NCBI GenBank assembly: GCA_012295275.1
Contig: CM022677.1
Span: forward strand, 7,006,001-7,070,000
DNA length: 64,000 bases
Reading direction: 5' to 3'
Origin: Chrysomallon squamiferum
Lineage: Eukaryota > Animalia > Mollusca
Below are positions 1 through 11,964 of the stretch, one piece after another. The notes beneath the pieces were generated by a model, which was not told the origin of the DNA, did no database searches, and worked only from the letters and a program-made list of their open reading frames with translations. The stretch's first letter is position 1, and every line of letters begins with the position of its first letter. A program made the position numbers and the translations under genes.

Positions 1-256
1 AATTCTTTTTTTTTTTTTTCTTCTTGTTTTAACTTATTTTGGTACGACTGAGAAAATGTGATAGTTTTGAGTTCTAATTTTATCTTACAGTCTAAAAAAA
101 AACCTTTATAAATCCTCCCCACTTTTTATTGTTGTTAAATTTAGTCTGACTGCTATTATTTTGTAAAGATAATACCTTTAGCCAATCCTCCCCACTTTTA
201 TTGTTGTTGAATTTAACTGAGAGCTAATTATTTTGATAGAAGATAATGTCTTAGAC

Positions 257-296
<40 letters not shown>

Positions 297-430
297 TTAT
301 ATTCAAACACATTTTGTTAAAAAATATTATTTTCTACCCTGCTTTGATCCTCAAATAAGACTGACATCTACTGCAATGTCCTAACTCCATTATAATGCTA
401 AAGCATCCTTATAAATCTATTTATATCACA

Positions 431-469
<39 letters not shown>

Positions 470-1423
470 CACAGTTAAAACATATATATATATATATATA
501 TACACAGAAATGAAACAAATATGAAATGTACTATTCATTATATTCTGCAACAGAAAACATTCACATTATATTTCTATGCAAAGTGTTTATAGTATTCACT
601 GAATATGTACATATCAAAAAATTAATAATACTACCTTTATTATTAAAGTACTCTCTCAGTTACTTATGATATTGTTATTACCTCTTACTATTATTACTAT
701 TGCTATTATTGTTTATATTACTATTACTATTACTACTATTAATTCTGTTACTAACTGTTACTATTCATCTATTACTTTGCTTCTATTATTTCATCTATGA
801 CCAGTGTAACAGTATCTGTATCACTACTTCCACAATCACATCTATTATTTATATTATTTCAAAACTATATAAATAAAAATATTCCTCACTCTTAGAAAAC
901 TGTTTCTCAAGTCTGATGAAGATGCTACAAATATGTAATGAGAAATAGAAGACAAAATAATTTAAAATATTTATTTGAACAAAACAACTTTTTCATATAA
1001 AAAAGATAATATTAGAAAATCCTCAGGAAAAACATTAAAAATTATTTTAAATGTTTAGAAAGGTTTTAAAGTGCTGAGAGTGCTATAAAACATAAAGATG
1101 CCAAGATTTCTGGTTTATCTAATAAAAGTATTAATAAGATAAAAAAAAATTAAAAAAAAATTAGCAAATTACTAAACAACTAGATATCTATATGTAATGT
1201 AATGTGCTGATTAATCATTAAGAAAATATCTTCCAAACAACATATCTTCTTCCATTTTAGGTTTTATTAGCATACATTTTCATAAATGTTTACAAAAACA
1301 TTAATACAAAATAATCATAATAATAAATTATCTCCCTTGAGCTATACAATTTGAAGTTTTTTAAGGCAGTAAATCAAGGATTTCTACATCAGACATTTTT
1401 AAAATAATTTCTTTTTCACACAC

Positions 1424-1780
1424 TTGACTGTCTGGTCCAAACATTCTGTCTGCTGGTCTATGTCTGACTGTATCTTCCATTTGGATCTGAAATCACAGTT
1501 TAACAGATTTATAAATTCTTCAGTAAGTGCAGTCCACGTAACACTTAACTCTTTTTAAAATATTACTTTTGGTGTGGAACTTTCTAAAAGTTCTCAAATT
1601 CTTCAAGCATTCAGTTCTTCATATTTGTTGAGGTTTTATCTTCTGCTGTTTCTTCTGTTTAGTTTGTTCAGTACAGTGAGAAAACTTGAAGAACTTGGAG
1701 GTAAACACAAAAGTCACTTAGAATCAATGTCACTTCTCACATTTTCTTTCATTCTCAAAGCAAGCTTATGAAACAGGGAC
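1424..1780 (-). pseudogene. Possible decayed exon downstream of the EGF pseudo-exons (identity unknown)
   Basis: Strong acceptor ttttcttcag|GTCCC at 1780 followed by coding-like sequence (SLFHKLALRMKENVRSDIDSK*) with stops in all frames; 3' boundary uncertain. Confidence 0.3.
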
Positions 1781-2338
1781 CTGAAGAAAAACAAAATTAT
1801 TATTAAAATTAAAAATTGATTCAGAGTTGTATAAACAACAGTATACAACAGTATACAATTTACCATGTAAAATGAAGGTTGAAATGATTCAAATGGGATG
1901 ATTGTGACTTAATTATATTCATGATTTTTACTTACTGTTAAAAATATATCTATTTCATGAACAAAATCAGTTTAATTTTATATTATATTTCATTTCATTG
2001 TGAGTCATTTCATTCATTTCATTATTTTTATTTCATTATTTTTATTGTATTTTATCATTATTTCATTCAATTTAATTTAATTTATTTCAGTTCTGTTTGT
2101 TCAGTTCATTTATTGTTTTGTATTATATTTCATAGTATTTAATTTCATTTCATTTATTTTACTGTATTTTATTATTATTTCATTTTCTTTATTTCATTGA
2201 ATTTCTCTACCACACACTGCATTTCATTTCAATGTATATCTTTGCATGTGCATGTGTCGATGTGTGTGTGATATATTAATATTTATATCTACCTCTACAA
2301 GTAATGAAAATGAAAATAAAATAGTTTATAATTTTATC

Positions 2339-2426
2339 AAATGTTGTCACAATTAAAATAACAAGAACAGTTATTTTAATTGTGACAACATTTTTGGAAT
2401 CATTCTTAGTTCAGGAATGATTCCAA
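2339..2426. repeat. Two abutting inverted repeats (24-bp and 12-bp stems) followed by poly(A) at 2441-2463
   Basis: AAATGTTGTCACAATTAAAATAAC-aagaaca-GTTATTTTAATTGTGACAACATTT, then TTGGAATCATTC-ttagttcag-GAATGATTCCAA. Confidence 0.9.
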
Positions 2427-3049
2427 GCATTCATTCAACTAAAAAAAAAAAAAAAAAAAAAAAGATCTTTTACATGTATGAATGAAGAAAACAGTGAAAA
2501 AATGAGGAAGGTAGAGTGAATGGATAAATGAATTAATTAATTAATAAATATATGTTTAATAATAGTTTAATTATTAGGTTTATTTTATTTATTTTGTTTG
2601 TTTGTTTGTTGTTGTTTCGTGTTATTTAAAAATGAATGAGACTTAAAGTGCAAAAAAAAAGTTAGTATCAAACAGGGTTTGTTTGTGCTTCTTTTTTGTT
2701 GTTTTTAACAATGCTAATTTCTTAGTCACTGAAAGCTGATTTTCTGATTTTCAGTGTTAAGTAAACATTCTCTTAATTTTGAATAAAAAATGATTAACAA
2801 GTATAAAACGATATTTGTATTATTTTATTTATTTATTTATTTATTCCATTTTAATGCAGAAAAAGTTAATTCTGTGACTGAGATATTAATGAACTCATTT
2901 CTAAGTAATTTTTCAGTTTAAAACATCCATTCTCATTTCTTTGGTAATTAAAATCACAAAACGATGTACAAAATTCATTAATCATTTGTATCATTATGTA
3001 TTATATAAAATGGAGTAATTTTTTAGAATGTCACTATTTATAAAGTAAC

Positions 3050-3395
3050 CAGCAATCATTTTGAGCATATAACTATTTATTAAGTATAACTTTTCATAAA
3101 TAATAAGAAATCATTTGTAACATATAACTATTTATTAAATGAAAATAAATAATTTGTAATATATAGCTATTTATTAAATAATATGAAATGATTTGTAACA
3201 TCTAACTATTTACTAAATAATAACGAACCATTTGTAACATATAACTCTTTATTAAATAATAAGAAACCATTTGTAACATATAACTCTTTATTAAATAATA
3301 AGAAATCATATGTAACAAGGAATTATTTGTAACATATAACTATTTATTAAATAATAAGAAATCATTTGTAACATATAACTCTTTATTAAATAAAA
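3050..3395. repeat. ~40-bp AT-rich minisatellite, about 8 copies
   Basis: Unit aataataagaaatcatttgtaacatataactatttattaa repeated with substitutions. Confidence 0.9.
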
Positions 3396-3469
3396 TGTTA
3401 TAATTTCAACTTGTTACCAAATTTTTAATATTGAGTAAATTAACTATTTATTAAGTATACCCTACTCAC

Positions 3470-3638
3470 CTGCACATTCATCTGACAAGTTGTGATATCC
3501 TGTCTTACATTCAAATGATAGGAGACTGGCAGGTTTTTGCAGTTGCTGTTTGCTTGACATGAAACTGTTGAAACACTACATTCATCTCTGTTGTTTTCAC
3601 ATCACACACCACCCAGCCAGCTTTACACTGACAATGGT
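3470..3638 (-). pseudogene. Frameshifted EGF + calcium-binding EGF exon
   Basis: ttctcag|...|gtgagt; decodes with two 1-nt frameshifts and one stop as HCQCKAGW.GV*CENNRDECSVSTVSCQANSNCKNLPVSYH-ECKTGYHNLSDECA. Confidence 0.8.
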
Positions 3639-3880
3639 CTGAGAAGAAAATATAAAATTTAAATTTAAAATAAATAAATTAAATTAAAATCAAACTTTAG
3701 TGTCAGTATTTTTTTTAAATAAAAGTTATGCAATTGTATTAAAATATAATATAAATATCACCAAAAATTTCGAATTTTACAGAATAAGTTGCTTCAAATT
3801 TCAAAATATAATTATATTTTTAAAATATTTAAACATTTATTTTTATATTATTGTATTTTGTAATGAGAAATTCTGCTTAC

Positions 3881-4002
3881 TAACAAATGTTCTCTGGTAA
3901 TTTTCAAGTTTCTTCCCAGCCAGACAGGAAAAAGTGAATCCAGTGATTGAAGCATCAGTATATTTAGTAATACTGCATCAACTGATGTACACTCATTCAT
4001 AT
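3881..4002 (-). pseudogene. Decayed calcium-binding EGF exon
   Basis: atgtag|..|gtaagc; DMNECTSVDA...GFTFSCLAGKKLENYQRTFV; 122 nt (frameshift), some Cys lost. Confidence 0.7.
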
Positions 4003-4330
4003 CTACATTAAAATAATAATAACAATAACAATAATAATATTAACAATAAACGAAACATCTTATTTCAAATGACAATATAATATTGTTCAAATTTAAATTT
4101 TATTTTCTTCATTTATATTTAATACAATTAAAGCCTCATTTTTTAATATATAAATGTACATGTTGATATGTATGTAAAGGATAAAAAGAAATAAAACTTA
4201 AAAAAGAAGAAAAAAAGAGACTGAAAGTAAAGGTACAACAGAAAAGATGATTAAATGTTAATAAACCAAGGAATTTTTTCTAGTTAAATGTATAAAGCAA
4301 TATTCTGTACTGACAACACATGAGTTGTAC

Positions 4331-4431
4331 CTGTTGCTAGTTTGTATCCAAAGTTACAACTGTAGAGTCCTGTTTGTCCACATTGGTGCAATAATGGCTG
4401 CAGCTGAGATGAGAGTAAAACTGACAGGGAT
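4331..4431 (-). pseudogene. Decayed EGF exon
   Basis: tttcag| DPCQFYSHLSCSHYCTNVD then frameshift TGLYSCNFGYKLAT; donor position approximate. Confidence 0.7.
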
Positions 4432-4597
4432 CTGAAACTGTATTGAGAAAACTGGTATTAGTTTTACTTAATTAAATAATGTTACTTTTAAAAATGTTAC
4501 TACTGCATCAAACTCTGCTATTTGTGAAATTATCATCTGAGACAAGACACTTTGCACTTATTGCTTTGACAGTACAATTTAGAGAAAAACAGCTCAC

Positions 4598-4705
4598 CTT
4601 TTTCACATTTTTTTCTGTCTTTAGTCAAGTAGTAACCATAGTGATGTAAACTGTCTTCAACATTCTGACAAATCTGTTACAATAATCTGTTTACATTCTC
4701 AAATT
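4598..4705 (-). pseudogene. Decayed cbEGF-like exon with in-frame stop
   Basis: tgtttcag|..|gtgagc; *QICQNVEDSLHHYGYYLTKDRKKCEK matches the C.Q.C.N..GS...GY.L..D.K.C pattern. Confidence 0.7.
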
Positions 4706-5274
4706 CTGAAACAAAAGTAATTTATTATTTTAAATATTTTTCTTTTTCCTTTTTTTCTTTTCTTCCTTCATTTCTTTTTTATTTAGCTCAGTATTAACAT
4801 ACATGTGAGAAATGTATTAACAACAGCATCAGTTCAAAAATTACTGACTTTTTTATAATTTGAAAAATTAAATAAACAAACAAAAATTATAGAAGTAATT
4901 AATGATTTTTAAAAATCAGTCTTATCACTGTTAACTGACTGTTCACTTAAACATATCTAATTAATAATGACAGTGACTTTATTCTCTAAACTTAGATTAC
5001 AGTACAGAGAAGAATGTATTAAAGATATAATATCAAGGTTAAAATGCAGTAACAATAACAATAAAAAAACAAATAATCATAATAACAATAATTAATAATG
5101 ACGGTACTAATAATTACAACAGTAAAAACAATAATAATAATAAAACAAACCACAAAACCTCATCAAGAATTAATAATAATTATATATGTATACAATGAAG
5201 TTAGCTCTTGAAATGTTTATGGCTTGTGAAAAATAAATGAAATTATATTCTTTAGTATTTTGAAATGAAATAAA

Positions 5275-5465
5275 TCAGAGAAAGTGAGAAGAGCTGCACC
5301 CAAAACATTGATAAACAAGCCATACGGGATTAACGAACAATTCCCGAAAGAAATTAATGGCAGGAGAAAATTTCTATATCCACATTACAGCAAAAAGGCA
5401 AGGGAAAAGATTGGTTTTAACTGGTGATAAACTGTATATCAAGGTCAGGCTGTTTACACTGGGAG
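5275..5465 (+). mobile_element. LINE (L2/CR1/Crack-type) ORF1 C-terminal fragment
   Basis: EKVRRAAPKTLINKPYGINEQFPKEINGRRKFLYPHY...QGKRLVLTGDKLYI matches the GINEQFP.EI..RR..L.P...DKLYI motif of invertebrate LINE ORF1. Confidence 0.7.
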
Positions 5466-5549
5466 AGGACGGGCCAGAAGCCAGTAACACAAACATACTT
5501 CTTAAGATTACACTTCTTTGAACATCCAAATCCCTTGGCCTATTAATAT

Positions 5550-7688
5550 TTTGGCCATTCTGGGTCAGGTATCAGTTGTCATTACAGAGCTTTCAGTAGA
5601 CGATATGTTCAAAAATGAGTTACATAAGAAATATGAATCTCTTAAAAAGGTACTTATACCAAAACCAGAGCACTTTTTGTTGATAAATGAACTGAAGCAT
5701 TTAAATGAACAATCATCAGCTAAGTTACACCAAGGTTATTATCTTCTGTCCATGTATGAGATTCTTCAGTGTGGTGATGTTGAGAAGTTGATAAGACGTC
5801 GCACGTTTAACGATGACCTGAGTATTACGTGCACATCAAAGATACATTCGATGTTATCAAACGTGCCCACACTGACACTGGCCACGGTGGTTGCAATCGA
5901 ATGGTAAAGGAGATAGACAAGAAGTATGCCAATGTTACCAGGGATTCTACTGAACTGTTTAAGTCAATGTGCATTGACTGTCAGTGTAAACTGATGAAAA
6001 GGGTGTGGTTGTCTGACCGATCTTGTCTAAAGAGTTCTCTGCTTGTGGTCAAGTAGATCTCATTGTTATGCAATCATTACCTCATGGTTCTTTCAAGTGT
6101 ATTATGGTGTATCAGGATCATCTTCCAAAGTTCGTTGTTTGACATTAAAGACATGCTTGTTGGAGGATAGGTGAGAAAGATACCACTGACTGGACTGTTG
6201 GTGTTAAATCTGTTCAGTTTTGCAAGAAATCAAGTTTCAGTGCTGGAATAAAACAGCCACCTTATGCAACCTCATTACCGCATGAAGCTGCAGACGGAAG
6301 ATGACTTACTAGCCATTCTGTCCAGCAGCTCAACTCAACCAGACACTCAGCCTCTACCAGAAACAACTCACCTCTACCAGAAACAACTCACCTCTACCAG
6401 AAACAACTCAATGTCAGAAACAACTCAACCTCTACCAGAAACAACTCACCTCTACCAGAAACAACTCAATATCTGTCAAAAACAACTCAACCTCTACCAG
6501 AAACAACTCAACGTCTGTCAAAAACAACTCAACCTCTACCAGAAACAACTCAACGTCTGTCAAAAACAACTCAACCTCTACCAGAAACAACTCAACGTCT
6601 GTCAAAAACAACTCAACCTCTACCAGAAAGAACTCGACCTCTACCAGAAACAACTCAATGTCTGTCAAAAACAACTCAACCTCTACCAGAAAGAACTCGA
6701 CCTCTACCAGAAACAACTCAATGTCTGTCAAAAACAACTCAACCTCTACCAGAAAGAACTCGACCTCTACCAGAAACAACTCAATGTCTGTCAAAAACAA
6801 CTCAACCTCTACCAGAAAGAACTCGACCTCTACCAGAAACAACTCACCTCTACCAGAAAGAACTCAATGTCAGAAACAACTCAACCTCTACCAGAAACAA
6901 CTCAATGTTTGTCAAAAACAACTCAACTTCTACCAGAAACAACTCAATGTCTGTCAGAAACAACTCAACCTCTACCAGATGACTCAACCAATGAGCAGCA
7001 TAGAAAAGAAAAGAAAGCTTGCAATAGCTGAAAAACAGAAACAAGCCAAGCATGTTGTTAAGCGAAGTCGTGTGATTATGAAGGATGGTGCTGTTTGTGA
7101 TAACGTAGCTGTGCCCATTCTGTCTGTTGACAGGGAATGTGGTGATCCCAGAAATATTCTACGTGTTATATTAGCTGTAGAAAACAGACAATATACCATT
7201 GGTTGCCCTTCTGGTATTCTGAAAGAGAAATATAGTCGACACCAGTTTGATTTATGTCCTCAGAGAATCCTGAGTGAATCTGACATTGACAGTGATAGCA
7301 GTGTGTCACTTCGTCAAGCCAACTTTCAACATGGTGGTCAGGGTTTTGTCAAGTGCAATTTGTAATGGACCTAAGAGATGTCAGAGTAAGCGATGTGTTT
7401 GTTTCAAAACTAATGTGTTGTGTAATAGCAGATGTCACAACAGTGTAAATTGTTTAAATAAATCAAGTATGTATTATGTGTCACCAATGCATTATACTGG
7501 TAAATTTGTTTTTACATGTATTTGATTATTCATTACAGATGAAACATAATTTAGTTATTAGAAAACACCCAAGAAATACCCTTTAGTCATTTAGTAAATC
7601 ACTGGAAGTCATTTTCAGTCACTTGGCCAAATGACAAGCGGTCAGAGGCATGTGACCAAATGACTGGTTTGACACATTGACTGTAACA
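5550..7688 (+). mobile_element. Ginger2/KRBA2-SCAND3-type integrase DNA transposon, 5'-truncated and internally deleted
   Basis: HHCC (AHTDTGHGG...CIDC), GQVDLIVMQS...YQDHLPKF, DWTVGVKSVQF, VPILSVDRECGDPRNI, Cys-rich tail CNC...CQSKRCVCFKTNVLCNSRCH; 3' end ...CTGTAACA before (TA)n; frameshifts; central D/E catalytic region missing. Confidence 0.85.
6341..6990 (+). repeat. 21-bp tandem array with 42- and 63-bp higher-order units inside the Ginger element
   Basis: Units cctctaccagaaacaactcaa, tgtctgtcaaaaacaactcaa and cctctaccagaaagaactcga. Confidence 0.95.
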
Positions 7689-8763
7689 TATATATATATA
7701 TATATTTATTTATTTATTTACTGCATGTAGAAGTACCTGAAATCAATAAAACATTGTGAAAGAAAAACATTTTTCTATGAATAAGTTCTGTTTATCACTG
7801 TTATAACAGTACTATATGTTGAATACATTATATTAAAGTACTTGAAATATATCTGAAAGATCTAAATTATGAAATGGTCACTCTTAAATTTCTTTGCAAT
7901 CCTTGAAACAAAAATGTATTCTATAAAACTGAATTACATAAATTAATAATTATAATAAAAATACACAGGGTTTTAAATTGTATTAATGGTCTTGGAAAAT
8001 TGTCACAGAACATCCAAACCTTCCAGTTTTACATGCTTAAATACTTGCATTTACAAAACTGGGACTGATACTACATACTGTCAGTGTTACTTTTACTGGT
8101 TGAGTGTTCACAATTTTATAAAAAGTTATGCTTCATTCTACTCTGACCCAACCTTGAAAACAAATTACAAAGCAATAATAATTCAATATAATAAAAGCTT
8201 GTCCTCATTTCAAATCCAGGCATTATCACTAGCACCCTTGTAAAATACAACAGTGAGTAGATATGATAAAAGGGATGACTATGTTAGTAATTTGTTTTAC
8301 AAGCTTGGGGATATATAACATTCTGTGTGTTCATAGCAGCTGTGTTGAACATTTTATTAATCAGTCAGATTATTTATTCACAGAAAGAATTTGCACTTCA
8401 ATAATTACATCATGGAACTATTGTTTAAACTCTTAAACATATTCATACAACTCGACATAGAACATGACTGAAATTTGAAACATTTTTAAGTATATAGTTA
8501 GGTTTCCTAATATTGTACTTTTGAGAGCAATATCTGCTTAAAATTTTGTTGTTTTATTCATTGTTATTGGGACTATATATTTAATTTTCTAGTACAGTTC
8601 ACAACAACAACAACAACAACAAAAAAAAAAATAATAATAATAATAATTTCAAGTACATCTTTTAATTTTTGATACAAGAGAAAATAAGAAATTTATTGTG
8701 TGAAATTACTATATAATAATAAAGACAGGAAAAAAGTAATATCATTGTTGTGTTATGGTGAAG

Positions 8764-8828
8764 TTAGCCTTGGACAATTAATATCTTTACATCCATCAAC
8801 ACCAGTAATAATCTTGATAACCAAGCAG
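8764..8828 (-). CDS. Probable last coding exon of the Ig-domain gene (hydrophobic tail AAWLSRLLLVLMDVKILIVQG*)
   Basis: Acceptor cattttcccttcag at 8829; phase-1 reading continues the frame of the microexon to TAA at 8766-8764; linkage inferred. Confidence 0.45.
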
Positions 8829-9261
8829 CTGAAGGGAAAATGTGTGATAAATGGAATAAAGCAGATTAGACGCAAAGTATGTTTAGTACATGCAGAATAT
8901 TAATCAATGTCATAATACTTATTTAAAAAGTAAAAATAAGAACAAGTATATAATTATAAAATCAACTATTGCTTCAATTTTTATTGTAAATTATTTGTAT
9001 TAATCTTCTTTTCTAATGTATTACTAGTTTTCAAAACAAAGTGACATTTCTGTTTTAATTACTTCTAATGTATGTTTCTAAATTTATAAAATATTAATCA
9101 TGTAGCACTTGTTTCATATTGTTATTGGAAGTAGAGAAACATTACCCACAAAATTATTTAAATTATATTAAATTAACAGTTATGTACTGAGAAATACAAA
9201 ATAAGGTTTATGTATTTAAATTTTATGATGATGATCAGTTCTACATGTACAAACATCATAC

Positions 9262-9273
9262 CTGTCTGTGGAC
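9262..9273 (-). CDS. 12-nt phase-1 microexon (GPQT) of the Ig-domain gene
   Basis: tattttcaatgttacag|GTCCACAGACAG|gtatga; frame-preserving and phase-compatible with the Ig exon. Confidence 0.6.
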
Positions 9274-9913
9274 CTGTAACATTGAAAATAAAAATTTAAA
9301 ATGAAAATATAAATTTTGTTTCAAAACTTTTTTTTTTTTTTTTTTTTATGTGTGTGTTTTTTCAGTTTCTTTTAAATGGAAATTACTATAAAAATAAAGC
9401 TAGACTTCAAGGTTTAAACAAAATACTTTTAGGCTCGATAAATAAATGAGATATACAAACATGAAATGTTCTTGTATGGTGCATAGGTAAATGTTTGTAG
9501 AAGTCAGATGTAAAACCTACTAAATAAAACTCAAAGACATACATACATCAGTTAGTTATTTTTCTGCATGTATCTGCCTATTTCAGAAAAAAACACCAAA
9601 AACAATAAAATAAAGCAACAAATAGTCATATAAATGACAATTCAAAAAAGAAACTATTTTAAATAACTTGATATATTTCTAACAGTCTATATTTTAAGTA
9701 TCTCTAACATTTTCTGAGTTTTCAAATGAAAGATTTCTTGAACATATTACTTATACTTCACAGGTTTAGGAAATTATGTACTGAACTGGTGTTGTGAAAT
9801 TAAATTAGAAACACATCAAAATAATCAATAAGCTTCATGAGAACAAAAGTCTATCCAAGTTACCAGAATAAAACAAAGTTTACTCATATTCTCTGCATTG
9901 TCATTTTTGTTTT

Positions 9914-10090
9914 TGGGTCATTCTGTGTCAAATCACCCAATGGGTTAAACCCGACCATCTCAGATTTTCATCACACTTGGCATTCTTATTGACTGGGATC
10001 CCACAGCATCAAATGTGAAATATTAGCCCAATCGGATCTGTGGTATGGGAGATAAGGCCCATTGAATTTTGAGATTTTTGACCACCAACC
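9914..10090. mobile_element. Probable terminal fragment of a non-autonomous DNA transposon
   Basis: Abrupt GC-richer block starting GGGTCATTCTGTGTCAAATCACCCAA, resembling TIR-type ends; partner end not found. Confidence 0.35.
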
Positions 10091-10751
10091 TTTGAACCCT
10101 CGTATGAGAAGCAGATATATTGAGTTTACAAAACATATTTCATAACATTACAAAATTAATTTGTAACAATAAATAATCATAATTTATCTACTGTGCATAT
10201 ACAACAGTAAGTAAGATCAGTAATGTGAGACACATACAGACTAAACTGTATTCTTTAATTGTATAAAATAATAACATCGAGATGTGTGCATGGCACAACT
10301 GCTGATATGATAATCACTTTGTATCAACTGAAAATATCTCTTCAGTTATGCAAGAAATAAAATACTGTTATTTTCAATCATTTTAAGAACAAATGAAAAT
10401 GAATTATATTTTTTACCATTAAGAAATGACATCAGGTTTTGATGTTGTACCTGTTATTTATTAAAATCAGTTTATTTTCTTTTTTCTTTTTTTAGAGCAG
10501 TAAAATACTTTTAAGCTAAAACTAAAACAAATATTAACATTAACAAATTCAATACAATAAAAGGGAGATTAAAAAAAAGTAAGAAAGAAAACAACTTCTT
10601 TGAAGTAAGTGATACATTATTAACTTTGCAGTGAAAATATGTGTGAATTCTAAGTGTAAAAAAATTAAAATAGTTCCACCAACCTCAGTTAGACATTTGA
10701 TAGTTAAAAAGTAATAATATATTTCTAGAATTTCATTAGAGTAGGACATGA

Positions 10752-10800
<49 letters not shown>

Positions 10801-11371
10801 TGTGCAGGTCTGTGTGTTTACCTTCACATCAGTTGCTTTGAAATTATGAATGAATGATGGAATTTTTTTGTGAAACAATATGTCAAGAGCTCACACTGTG
10901 AAGTAAGCAATGTGTAAATTTTCTGAAATATTTATGTATCAAGCAGTCAACCTGACATCTGCAGGTTTAACATTTGCAGTTTTTAACAAACTTCTGTATT
11001 AAGAAATAATATTCTTATGATGGAATACTGTGGTCAATATTATTTCATTGGGTTTTAGGAGTTCTTAACAGAACCTTTAGTTGAAGATTCAGGTTATGAA
11101 TATGTATAGGATACAAATATGTCAGTTTGTATAGAATTTTGTCAACCTAGGTACAACATCAAAACCTTATGTGTCATTCATGTCATTTTGTACTGATAAA
11201 AATTTATTGCAGCAGAAATATATATTTATTTTTATTAACCCTTTTCTCTCAAATCATAATAATATCTGACATTTGGATGGAGTTGCCTTTACCACTTCTC
11301 ACACACAAGCAAATACACAGTTGAAATTTTTATCATTTACTAAATATTTTATATCATTTATAGCAACTTAC

Positions 11372-11704
11372 CTGAAATTGTTTTGCTGCAAGTCGTATCA
11401 CCAATACCAGGAGGATCACCATCAGTACAGCTCCATGTTCCTTCATCAAGAGTTTTGTCAAAAGACTTTATAATAAGTGTGATTTGTGTAGACGAGTCTA
11501 ATACAAAACTGTATCCAAGTCTGCCACCCCACGGATCACAATCAGTTGTATCTACTTTACAGGACATAACTTCTTCTGGGTTTCCAGAATTTGGACGAAA
11601 ATATTTTATTCCAACTGTTACTGTTCCAGACACTTTACAGGTTAAGTTTGTCTCCTTCCATTCTGTTGGTGCATCCAAGCAATCTATATCTGTGCTTGCT
11701 TTTC
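11372..11704 (-). CDS. Ig-like (V-type) domain exon of a small secreted or surface IgSF protein
   Basis: 333 nt, ttttacag|..|gtaagt, phase 1-1, no stops; NLTCKVSG, IKYFRP, SCKVDTTDC, ITLIIKSF, DEGTWSC, TTCSK: canonical Ig B/F Cys pair plus four extra Cys. Confidence 0.85.
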
Positions 11705-11964
11705 CTGTAAAACACAATTTTATTTATTTAAAAAATATAAAGAGAATGACAGATATATATATAAATAAATACATAAATATATTATTTATAGTCCAGTTTG
11801 AACCATGTATATATACACATTCATATACAAGAAAGGTTTAAGCTAGGCTAGACAAATTGGGAGAACTAACTTCTACCTAGACACATTATGGCAAAATGGG
11901 GAACTTTGGAGATAAGTGAAGTTTTATAAATCAGAAATGAGAGATAATATTATTATGGTATAAC

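Noticed and set aside
6341-6990. CRISPR-like or genuine coiled-coil gene reading of the 21-bp array (ORFs 6264-7031, 6432-6842)
   Set aside because: No unique spacers or cas genes, and the context is eukaryotic; the ORFs are by-products of a stop-free repeat inside a dead transposase
11383-11841. 152-aa plus-strand ORF
   Set aside because: Antisense shadow of the Ig exon; splice sites and motifs support the minus strand
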